NCBI GenBank assembly: GCA_045588085.1
Contig: JAZNDN010000026.1
Coordinates: 2,646 to 66,645, forward strand
Origin: Eubacteriales bacterium
GTDB taxonomy: Bacteria; Bacillota; Clostridia; Oscillospirales; CAG-272
DNA length: 64,000 nucleotides
Reading direction: 5' to 3'
A model generated the notes under the pieces. It saw only the letters and a list, made by a program, of their open reading frames with translations. It did no database searches and was not told the origin of the DNA. The stretch's first letter is position 1, and every line of letters starts with the position of its first letter. Shown piece after piece: positions 31,065 to 39,395 of the stretch. The position numbers were made by a program, and so were the translations under genes.

Positions 31065-31946
31065 ATGGCAAGCGTTTCCTTTACGATTTATGAGCTTATG
31101 AGCTTTTGCTCCGCATGCGCAGAGATGAGCGATGCAATAGAATCAGAAAAGAACAGCTTTGTTTCCGCTGCCGAAACGGCTATCGGCAAATACGAGTCGG
31201 CAAGAGAGATATATTCGCAGTCAATAGAAGCTATGAGGTGGGATGAGAACGAGGCGAGCCTCGTGTACGAGCAAAACCTTCGCGCTATTGATTCTCTGGA
31301 GGGAAAGCTTAGAGATGCGAAATCCGCATTGTCAAGCGCCGCCGAGGGCGCCAAGACGAGTGCGCAGAATGAGGTTAATAATCTGGAAACCGCACTTAGC
31401 AAGGCGGAAAATATAAACAGCCAGCTTGATTCTCTTCGCCGGAAGCTTACCAGAAGAATGGACGAATATCGGAATGCAATGAGAATATGCGACGATAATA
31501 TCAGCTCTTTGCGTGCTGATATCGGCAACATGGAGCGCTCTGCAGCAAATGCCATAGACGTTATCGGAGAGCTTGAGGATGCCGGCGAGACGGCTCAGGA
31601 ATACGGCGATAGGGTGCTTGAGCTTCTCGGAGGCAGTGAGCTTTCGGGTGACCGCCGCGGAATAAGAATTAAATTTTCGGACGTTTCAGTTCTTGAGGTG
31701 TTCGCCTCGGAGCTTGTGCGTATGTCCGAGGATATTGCGAAAGGCACTGCTGTTGCCGAGGAGGCAAACGGCAACGTGCAAAGCTCAATGCGCGACAAAA
31801 TAACCAGAGCGGCAATAGCAAAGCTCAGGGAAATAGAGAGTGAGATGTTGAGCGGCGCAGGCGCACTCGCGAAGCTCGGCAAAAATGCCGCGAGAGCATA
31901 TGATTATCTATGCGAATATCTGTCGTTGGCAAGAACGGTAAGCTGA
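31065..31946 (+). CDS. Hypothetical 293-aa all-helical / coiled-coil protein
   Basis: The strong RBS aaggagg lies 5 nt upstream. The composition is Ala/Glu/Ser/Leu-rich with heptad-like periodicity and no TM helix. It is the last gene of the inserted operon. Confidence 0.7.
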   Translation: MASVSFTIYELMSFCSACAEMSDAIESEKNSFVSAAETAIGKYESAREIYSQSIEAMRWDENEASLVYEQNLRAIDSLEGKLRDAKSALSSAAEGAKTSAQNEVNNLETALSKAENINSQLDSLRRKLTRRMDEYRNAMRICDDNISSLRADIGNMERSAANAIDVIGELEDAGETAQEYGDRVLELLGGSELSGDRRGIRIKFSDVSVLEVFASELVRMSEDIAKGTAVAEEANGNVQSSMRDKITRAAIAKLREIESEMLSGAGALAKLGKNAARAYDYLCEYLSLARTVS

Positions 31947-32008
31947 CACCGATTTAATTTGTAAATTACGCACGGGGTAATACCTCGGCATAGAAAGAGA
32001 CTAAAAAG

Positions 32009-32782
32009 TTGAAAATACTCGCAATAGGTGACGTAACCAGCCCCTCGGGCGTGCGCCACCTTGAACAGAACCTGTGGGCTTTCCGTAAGGCTCACAGCGT
32101 AGACCTTTGCATTGTAAACGCCGAAAACGCATCATTTGTAAACGGCGTTAACGAAGCTCTGGCGGAGGTTTTGCTCCGCTCGGGTGCGGACGTTCTTACG
32201 GGAGGCAATCACACGATGAAGCCCGGCGGCTCGACGAGCTTCTTGGATGAAAACAGCCTTGTTCTCCGTCCCATAAATTACGGCAATGCCGTTGCCGGAA
32301 GGGGATATACGGTTGTCGATTTAGGGCATACGCGTGTCTTGGTTATAAACGCTATGGGAAACTATCACATGGACCCGGTGCTTGACGCTCCTTATTCCTA
32401 TATTGACAGAGCGCTTGCCGAGTGCGAGGGAGAATACGATATAGCCATTTTGGATATTCACGCGGAGGCAACCGGAGAGAAGCTTGCGATTGCATTTAAC
32501 TACGACGGAAAAATTCAGGTTATATTCGGCACGCATACCCACGTTCCGACGGCAGACGGAAGAATATTGCCTATGGGAACGGGATATATCAGCGACCTCG
32601 GAATGTGCGGTGAGAGCGGCGGGATTATGGGAATGGAACCCGAAAGCGTCATCTACAAGCTGAAAAATCACCTGCCGGGCGCGTTCCGCGTGGCAAAGGG
32701 TGCTCCTGTGGCGGACGGCGTGTTATTCACCGTAGACCTTAAAACACGCAGGGTCAGCTCGGTTGAAAGAGTTACAATATAA
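32009..32782 (+). CDS. ymdB: YmdB-family metallophosphoesterase (2',3'-cyclic-nucleotide phosphodiesterase-like)
   Basis: TTG start. MKILAIGDVTSPSGV, NAENA, GGNHT, DIHAEATGEKLA and GTHTHVPTAD are co-linear with B. subtilis YmdB. Confidence 0.88.
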   Translation: MKILAIGDVTSPSGVRHLEQNLWAFRKAHSVDLCIVNAENASFVNGVNEALAEVLLRSGADVLTGGNHTMKPGGSTSFLDENSLVLRPINYGNAVAGRGYTVVDLGHTRVLVINAMGNYHMDPVLDAPYSYIDRALAECEGEYDIAILDIHAEATGEKLAIAFNYDGKIQVIFGTHTHVPTADGRILPMGTGYISDLGMCGESGGIMGMEPESVIYKLKNHLPGAFRVAKGAPVADGVLFTVDLKTRRVSSVERVTI

Positions 32783-32825
32783 ATCAGAAAGCATCACTTA
32801 TTATATATAAAAGACGGAAAAGAAA

Positions 32826-34703
32826 ATGAAGGATTTAGTTTGTTCTGTTGCCGTAATAGGTGCAGGCCATGCAGGTATTGAAGCTGCCCTTGCAGCCTCA
32901 AGAATGGGTGTAGACACAATACTTTTCACCATAAACCTCGATGCCGTGGGAAATATGCCCTGCAATCCGTCGATAGGCGGAAGTGCCAAGGGGCATCTCG
33001 TTTTCGAGCTTGATGCACTTGGCGGTGAGATGGGATATGCCGCGGACTGTGTCACTTTACAGTCGCGGACCCTCAATCTCGGCAAAGGTTCTGCAGTTCA
33101 TTCAAAAAGAACACAGGCGGACCGCGCGCAGTACCGCGCATTGATGAAAAAAACTATTGAAAAACAGGAAAATCTGCGTCTTATCCAAGCCGAAATAGTG
33201 GATATCATAGTGGAAAATGCCGACGGCGGAAAGCGTGTGTGCGGAGTTGTCACTCATCTTGACGAGAGAATATACGCCGAGCGCGTCATAATTGCTACGG
33301 GTACGTTCCTTGAAAGCTGTATCTTCGTGGGGGAAAGAGTCTATTCTGCCGGCCCTGACGGAATGACCTCCGCTAAGGGACTGTCTGCCGCGCTTATCAG
33401 GGAGGGGTTGCCCTTGCGCAGATTCAAGACCGGTACCCCTGCCAGAGTCCACAGACGCTCTATCGACTTTGCAAGACTTGAGTGTCAGTACGGGGAGGAA
33501 AAAATAATACCGTTCTCCGCAAGAACTGAGGACGGCTCGCTTGACGGAAAATGCGACACGCCCTGCCATATAGTCTATACAAATTCGGAAACTCACAGGA
33601 TTATAAACGAAAATATCGGAAGAAGCGCTATGTATTCGGGCAATATAGTGGGTCCGGGACCGAGATATTGTCCGTCAATTGAAACCAAGCTTGTCAGGTT
33701 TGCGGGCAAGGACAGGCATCAGCTTTTCGTTGAGCCTTGCGGTTTTGACACCGATGAAATGTATATAGGCGGATTTTCCACCTCTATGCCGACAGACGTT
33801 CAGTACGATATGCTCCGCTCGCTTGACGGATTTGAAAATGCGGAAATAATGAGATATGCCTACGCCATAGAATACGACGTTGTAGACCCTACCGAAATGG
33901 TAGCAACGCTTGAGTTTAAAAGGATAAAGGGTCTTTACGGCGCAGGTCAGTTTAACGGAACCTCAGGATACGAGGAGGCAGCGGTGCAGGGCCTGGTTGC
34001 AGGCATAAACGCCGCCCTTGCCGTAAAAGGTGAGGAGCCTATGATATTGCCGCGCTCATCATCTTATATAGGAACTCTTATCGACGACCTCGTCACCAAA
34101 GGAGCCGAGGAGCCATACAGAATGATGACCTCAAGAAGCGAATACCGTCTTATGTTAAGACAGGATAATGCCGATATTCGCCTCACGGATATAGGAAACA
34201 GGGTAGGGCTTGTCGTCGGTGAGCGTTACGAGGCGTTTGTCAAAAAACGCGAAATGATTGAAAACGAGGTTGCCCGTGTAAAGAAAACCGTAATCGCGCC
34301 CTCGGATGAGGTCAACGAACTGCTCGCCCTTTTCGGCTCAACGCCTATAACCACCGGGGTAAAGCTGGCAGAGCTTATACGCCGTCCCGAGCTCAGCTAT
34401 GAGGCACTTGAAAAAATAGACACGGGTCGTCCCCCACTTCCACGCTCGGTTGCTTTAACCGCGGAAATCGACGTAAAGTACGAGGGGTATATAAAGCGCG
34501 AGCTTGCCGAGGCAAACCGCCAGCGTTCGCTTGAAAACGTAAAGCTTCCCGAGGATATACGCTACTCGGAAATAAGTGGGCTTCGCACGGAGGCGGTGGA
34601 AAAGCTGGAGGCTATACGACCCGTCAATCTCGGGCAGGCGTCACGTATAAGCGGAGTGAATCCTGCCGATATAAGCGTACTGCTTATTAAACTGAAGCAC
34701 TGA
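32826..34703 (+). CDS. mnmG: tRNA uridine 5-carboxymethylaminomethyl modification enzyme MnmG (GidA)
   Basis: 625 aa. FAD-binding VIGAGHAGIEAA, ...PSIGG.AKGHL..E.DALGG, GPRYCPSIE and GQFNGTSGYEEAA. Confidence 0.96.
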   Translation: MKDLVCSVAVIGAGHAGIEAALAASRMGVDTILFTINLDAVGNMPCNPSIGGSAKGHLVFELDALGGEMGYAADCVTLQSRTLNLGKGSAVHSKRTQADRAQYRALMKKTIEKQENLRLIQAEIVDIIVENADGGKRVCGVVTHLDERIYAERVIIATGTFLESCIFVGERVYSAGPDGMTSAKGLSAALIREGLPLRRFKTGTPARVHRRSIDFARLECQYGEEKIIPFSARTEDGSLDGKCDTPCHIVYTNSETHRIINENIGRSAMYSGNIVGPGPRYCPSIETKLVRFAGKDRHQLFVEPCGFDTDEMYIGGFSTSMPTDVQYDMLRSLDGFENAEIMRYAYAIEYDVVDPTEMVATLEFKRIKGLYGAGQFNGTSGYEEAAVQGLVAGINAALAVKGEEPMILPRSSSYIGTLIDDLVTKGAEEPYRMMTSRSEYRLMLRQDNADIRLTDIGNRVGLVVGERYEAFVKKREMIENEVARVKKTVIAPSDEVNELLALFGSTPITTGVKLAELIRRPELSYEALEKIDTGRPPLPRSVALTAEIDVKYEGYIKRELAEANRQRSLENVKLPEDIRYSEISGLRTEAVEKLEAIRPVNLGQASRISGVNPADISVLLIKLKH

Positions 34704-34782
34704 TATATAAATAATAAAAAGACTCAGTCATTGCTCTGCGCCGTAAGGACGCAAGGCTTTGCGCTGAGCCTTTTCATTTCTG

Positions 34783-35712
34783 TCACAGTATGAAAAGCAG
34801 GGTTACAGCTGCAACTATTCCCGAGATGCAGACAAGCGTTTTCACGGCACCCGTGTGAGAAAAACCGCGATTTAACATCAGGTGATGAAGATGCCCCTTG
34901 TCAGCGGAAAACGGACTTTTGCCGCTTAAAATTCTTCTTATAGCCGAAAACCACGTGTCTGCGAGCGGTATGCTGAGGAAAAAAACCGTTTCGACGGCGA
35001 AATTTCCGTCGCCGCGCGCCGCAAGCGCAAGAATAGCTATCGCATATCCCAGGAATTGAGAACCGCAGTCACCCATGTATATTTTCGCTGGGTGACGGTT
35101 GTACGGAAGAAATCCCAGAAGCGCAAAAACCAGAATTATCGCGGTTAAGGCGACGTTTGTTCTCCCCGCGCTCGCGGCAAGGCATGCGATAGAAACGAGT
35201 GCTACCAAGGAAAGTCCTGTGGCAAGTCCGTCAAGACCGTCGCAGAAGTTTACGGCATTTATGGAAAAGACAATACGCGTAATGGCAAAAACCAATCCGA
35301 GCGGAGCCGCCAGAGGTATTCTGAGAATTCCTAGAAATGAAAATTCCGTAGGTATTCCCATAGATGCAACTCCCACCAGCGCTGCCGCAATCTGAAGAAT
35401 CAGCTTTGCAAACGGATTCAGGGAGTGCGTGTCGTCAAGCACACCGCCCGCTACTATAACGGCACCGCCGGTCAGAAGCGCCGCCGGATATCCGTAAAGG
35501 GTGCGCGAGGAAAAAAGCACGGACAAAAGGAAGGCGGTAAAAAATCCCAGACCTCCAAGTCTTGCCGTGGGGGTTGAATGAAGCTTTCTCTTTCCGTCGG
35601 GCAGGTCGATTGAGCCTGTTATTCCCGCCAGCCGTATCGTCGCCGGCGTCAGCAGAGTCGAGAGTAAAAGCGCTAGTACTGCAGGTATCAGCAGACCTGG
35701 GGTGAATTGCAT
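34783..35712 (-). CDS. Glycosyltransferase family 4 (MraY/WecA/TagO-like polyprenyl-phosphate sugar-1-phosphate transferase)
   Basis: 309 aa and polytopic, with DDTHSLNP and NAVNFCDGLDGLA motifs. The RBS ggagaa lies upstream. Confidence 0.85.
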   Translation of the reverse strand: MQFTPGLLIPAVLALLLSTLLTPATIRLAGITGSIDLPDGKRKLHSTPTARLGGLGFFTAFLLSVLFSSRTLYGYPAALLTGGAVIVAGGVLDDTHSLNPFAKLILQIAAALVGVASMGIPTEFSFLGILRIPLAAPLGLVFAITRIVFSINAVNFCDGLDGLATGLSLVALVSIACLAASAGRTNVALTAIILVFALLGFLPYNRHPAKIYMGDCGSQFLGYAIAILALAARGDGNFAVETVFFLSIPLADTWFSAIRRILSGKSPFSADKGHLHHLMLNRGFSHTGAVKTLVCISGIVAAVTLLFIL

Positions 35713-35903
35713 ATATTTTTCTCCGGGTGTTTTGGTATGTATCGCAGATGCTAATGCAGGGGGCGTGTCTAATTATGCCTTTGTTGTTAGTATTACCCAC
35801 CGGGTGCCTATTATTCGGATTGCATCATACAGCTGATAGCTTTGACGCGGCGGATTATAGAAAACTATGTCGGATTAAGGTGTGCTGAGGTATGCGTGCA
35901 ATG

Positions 35904-35963
35904 TAAATATAAAATAAATATAAAATAAATATAAATATAAATATAAAATAAATATAAATATAA
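35904..35963. repeat. AT-only microsatellite built of AAATAT and AAAAT units (combined period ~11 bp)
   Basis: aaatat aaaat aaatat aaaat aaatat aaatat aaatat aaaat aaatat aaatat. It is intergenic, about 200-250 bp upstream of the GT4 transferase gene. Confidence 0.8.
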
Positions 35964-36210
35964 TGTAATTTGACGCAATGCAGAAAAAGCCGCTGACGCG
36001 GAGCGGGAAAACGGAAAAGAGTATGAGAGAAGACGGTATGTTTGGTGTTGATAAGATATGGTATATCCGAATAGAGCCGAGTAATTTGGAATAATGCAAA
36101 ACCCGATAAATCTTCATAAAAGCAAAAACAAAGCCCCGCAAAAGCGTCGGTTCTACGATGTCCGATTCTTCTGTGGGGTTGTTTTGCGACTAAACGCATG
36201 CTTGTATTAA

Positions 36211-37206
36211 TTATATAACAAATCCTATCTTTTTCTTTACCTTGCTAAGAATTTTACGGGCACAGTATCTTGCCTCGTCGGCACCTGCCTTCATAACCGA
36301 TTCGATGTGCGCTTTGTCAGCGATAAGTCTTGAAAACTCGTCACGTATCGGGGCTAAACCGTCTGCGCATGCCTCTCCGACTGCAAGCTTGAAATCTCCG
36401 TAGCCCTTGCCGTCAAACTCTTTTTCTATCTCGGCGTAGTCCTTTCCGGTAAACGCCTTGTAAATCGACATCAGGTTGGATATACCGGGCTTATCCTCGG
36501 AATATCTGATGCAGCTGTCGGAGTCGGTAACGGCTCTGCGGAACTTTCTGATTATATCGTCCTTGGAATCGAGAATGTAAACCGAGGCGTTGGGATTTTC
36601 GTCGGATTTGGACATTTTTGCCGTGGGCTCGGCGAGCGACATTATTCTCATCGTGTCCTTGGGGATATAGCAGTCGGGAACGGTGAAGGTGTCGCTGTAC
36701 GACTGGTTGAAGCGTATGGCAATATCACGTGCCAGCTCAAGATGCTGCTTCTGGTCTGCACCGACGGGTACGAGGTCGGTACCGTAGAGAAGAATGTCCG
36801 CTGCCATAAGCACGGGGTAGGTGAAAAGGCCTGCATTTATATTCTGGGCGTGCTTGGCGCTTTTGTCCTTGAATTGAGTCATTCGCGAAAGCTCTCCGAA
36901 CATTGTATAGCAGTTCAGAAGCCAAGCCAGCTCGGCATGCTCCGGGACGTGAGACTGAACGAAAAGAGTATTCTTCGTTTCGTCAAGACCGCAGGCGAGA
37001 TAAAGAGCCAGCGTTTCGTAGGTTCTGCGGCGAAGCTCTGCCGGAACCTGACGGACGGTTATGGCGTGCAAATCCACCACGCAGTAAAAGGTTTTATAGT
37101 CGTCTGAGAAGCGAGAAAAGTTCTTGATTGCACCAAGATAATTTCCGATTGTCAGATTTCCTGAGGGCTGAATACCCGAAAAAACGATTTTCTTATCGCC
37201 GAGCAT
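36211..37206 (-). CDS. trpS: Tryptophan--tRNA ligase
   Basis: 331 aa. FSGIQPSGNLTIGNYLGA (HIGH-type), GADQKQHLELARD and the KMSKSD motif. Co-linear with B. subtilis TrpS. Confidence 0.95.
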   Translation of the reverse strand: MLGDKKIVFSGIQPSGNLTIGNYLGAIKNFSRFSDDYKTFYCVVDLHAITVRQVPAELRRRTYETLALYLACGLDETKNTLFVQSHVPEHAELAWLLNCYTMFGELSRMTQFKDKSAKHAQNINAGLFTYPVLMAADILLYGTDLVPVGADQKQHLELARDIAIRFNQSYSDTFTVPDCYIPKDTMRIMSLAEPTAKMSKSDENPNASVYILDSKDDIIRKFRRAVTDSDSCIRYSEDKPGISNLMSIYKAFTGKDYAEIEKEFDGKGYGDFKLAVGEACADGLAPIRDEFSRLIADKAHIESVMKAGADEARYCARKILSKVKKKIGFVI

Positions 37207-37287
37207 AGTTGTTTCCTTCTTTTTGGTTGAATAAAAAATTTATTGTGTGCCGGTCGGAATTTCGGATTGACCGTTACCGACTAAACG

Positions 37288-37316
37288 ATTGTACTACAAA
37301 AATAAGCTTTTGTCAA
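37288..37316 (-). promoter_or_regulatory. Predicted sigma-A promoter of trpS
   Basis: On the minus strand: TTGACA (37316-37311), a 17-nt spacer, then TACAAT (37293-37288). This leaves a leader of only ~75-80 nt. Confidence 0.6.
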
Positions 37317-37597
37317 GAGCCGAGTCTGCCGCCGCGCTCAAGGCGTTAATTTTAATTAAGCGGTGCCGTGGGTCTGCCTATGATACCGCTCTTGCTTGCT
37401 CCGTCTGCGGCTAAGGCGGTAAAGCAGCACTCTCTATATAAAAAGTATTTAATAATTCACATATATGCACGCGTTGTTAAAACTTTGTTTACATTTGTAT
37501 GTTATACTTAGTGGGTGAAAATATTTAACTTTGCCGTCGGAGCACATAATTGAGTGAATTTTAAGCTTCGGCATCGGCAGGATTACAGGAGAACAAA

Positions 37598-38581
37598 ATG
37601 GTAAAGGTTGAAAATCTGGTAAAACGCTTCGGCTCAAACTACGCGCTTAACGACATCAGCTTTGAGATTGGCGAGGGCGAGGTCGTAGGTCTTCTTGGAC
37701 CGAACGGTGCCGGAAAAAGTACTACGATGAATATTCTGACCGGATATCTTTCATCAACGTCCGGACGAGCCTACATAAACGGTGTGGATATTCTTGAAAA
37801 TCCCATAGAAGCAAAAAGAATGATAGGATTTTTGCCCGAGCAGCCTCCGGTTTACGGGGATATGACGGTAGAGGAGTATCTCAATTTCGTATACGACCTC
37901 AAGGGGTGCAAATTCGACAAAGACGCGCATCTTGCCGAGATTATCTCGGTAGTTAAGATAGCCGACGTAAAGCATAGGCTTATCAGAAATCTCTCAAAGG
38001 GATATAAGCAGAGAGTCGGAATTGCCGAGGCACTTGTCGGTGACCCGAAGCTCATAGTCTTTGACGAACCCACCGTAGGTCTTGACCCGAAGCAGATTCT
38101 TGAGGTAAGAAACCTTATAAGGACTCTTTCCAAAAACCATACGGTAATTCTCTCGACACACATTCTTGCCGAGGTTCAGGCGGTGTGCGAAAGAGTTATT
38201 ATCATAAACCAGGGTAAAATCATAGCTGATGAAAAAACCGAATCGCTTACCAGAGCTATTGAGGAGGGCTATGCATACGAGATAAAAATCTGCGGTCCTC
38301 AAAAAGACGTCGTTTCCGCCGTATCGAAGCTCAGCGGCGTGAGAAGCATAACGCCTACCGGTCTTAAGGATAGCGACGCATACGTTTACAATATCGAAAG
38401 CGACCGAGGGGTAGACATCAGAAAGGCAATATTCAATCTGTGCGCGTCTAAGTCCTGGGCAATTCTCGGGCTTATGCCGATAGGCACGGACCTTGAGAGC
38501 ATATTCATACGCCTCGTGGACCGCTCGAATGGAGTTGAGCCCTCACGCAAGGACGACAGAAGACGCTCAAGGGCACACTGA
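37598..38581 (+). CDS. ABC transporter ATP-binding protein (GldA/ABC-2 exporter type)
   Basis: Walker A GPNGAGKST, signature LSKGYKQRV, Walker B LIVFDEPTVGLD, H-loop STHIL, plus a C-terminal accessory domain. Confidence 0.92.
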   Translation: MVKVENLVKRFGSNYALNDISFEIGEGEVVGLLGPNGAGKSTTMNILTGYLSSTSGRAYINGVDILENPIEAKRMIGFLPEQPPVYGDMTVEEYLNFVYDLKGCKFDKDAHLAEIISVVKIADVKHRLIRNLSKGYKQRVGIAEALVGDPKLIVFDEPTVGLDPKQILEVRNLIRTLSKNHTVILSTHILAEVQAVCERVIIINQGKIIADEKTESLTRAIEEGYAYEIKICGPQKDVVSAVSKLSGVRSITPTGLKDSDAYVYNIESDRGVDIRKAIFNLCASKSWAILGLMPIGTDLESIFIRLVDRSNGVEPSRKDDRRRSRAH

Positions 38582-38661
38582 CCGACAGCAAAGAGCAGAG
38601 GCTCTGCAATCAGAAATTTTAACAGCTCCGAGGCAAAGCTCTCGGCAAGAAAGGCATAAAA

Positions 38662-39369
38662 ATGAAAGCAATTTACAAAAGAGAAATGCACGCTTATTTC
38701 ACGGGAATTATAGGATACGTATTCCTGGTTCTTTTCCTTGCGGTAGGCGGTGCGATATTCTGTCTGACAACGCTGTTTGCAATGTCGGCGAGCGTTACAA
38801 ACTATTTCCTTTATATGATGATATTCTCGGCTGTCATTCTACCGCTTCTGACTATGAAATCCTTTAGCGACGAGAGAAGAAGTAAGACTGAGCAGCTTCT
38901 TCTTACTGCTCCGGTGTCTATCACAGGTATGGTTATCGGTAAGTTTCTTGCCGCACTCACCATGTTTGCCGGTGCGCTGGTAACCAACACGCTTTATTTC
39001 CTTATACTTTACCGCTACGCAGAGGTTAAAACCGCGGTGCTGATAGGAAACTTCACCGCACTTCTTCTGGTGGGAACGGTATTTATCGCTATCGGAGTTT
39101 TCGTTTCCTCGCTGACGGAAAACCAGCTTACCGCTGCTGTCGGAACCATGGCTATCATTCTCGTGTTCTTGGCAATCGGTGTTGTGAATAGCCTGCTCCC
39201 CTCGGCATTCTGGCTCAGATACGTGTTCAACTGCATATCAATATTCTCAAGATTCCAGGCGTTCGTAAACGGATATTTTGATATTTCCTCGCTCATTTAC
39301 TACGTATCAATAGCGGCAGTATTCGTATATCTGACTGTAAGAGTCTACGACCGCCGCCGTTACAACTGA
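38662..39369 (+). CDS. ABC-2 family permease (GldF-like)
   Basis: 235 aa with about 6 TM helices and an N-terminus MKAIYKREMHAYFTGIIGYVF typical of ABC-2/GldF permeases. Confidence 0.8.
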   Translation: MKAIYKREMHAYFTGIIGYVFLVLFLAVGGAIFCLTTLFAMSASVTNYFLYMMIFSAVILPLLTMKSFSDERRSKTEQLLLTAPVSITGMVIGKFLAALTMFAGALVTNTLYFLILYRYAEVKTAVLIGNFTALLLVGTVFIAIGVFVSSLTENQLTAAVGTMAIILVFLAIGVVNSLLPSAFWLRYVFNCISIFSRFQAFVNGYFDISSLIYYVSIAAVFVYLTVRVYDRRRYN

Positions 39370-39395
39370 TATCGAGGAAGCTTGAGGAATAAAAA

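Noticed and set aside
22980-32008. Calling the rny-ymdB insert a mobile element or genomic island.
   Set aside because: No integrase, recombinase, transposase, tRNA target, phage gene or flanking direct/inverted repeat is visible. It is reported as a synteny break rather than annotated as a mobile element.
35855-36199. The 114-aa and 88-aa minus-strand ORFs between trpS and the GT4 transferase gene.
   Set aside because: Their sequences (..IYIYFIFIFIFILYLFYIYI..) are simply the translated AT microsatellite. There is no RBS and no plausible fold.
37207-37450. A T-box riboswitch leader upstream of trpS, which is expected for many Firmicute aaRS genes. An AGAGAG motif and a GGCACCGC string resembling the T-box core GGTACCGC occur at 37360-37435 on the minus strand.
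   Set aside because: A near-consensus promoter (TTGACA-17-TACAAT, 37316-37288) lies downstream of those motifs and leaves a leader of only ~75-80 nt, too short for a T-box. No specifier-loop/antiterminator architecture or convincing terminator could be drawn. The GC-rich, hairpin-rich segment at 37320-37430 remains unexplained and could be scanned with Rfam.
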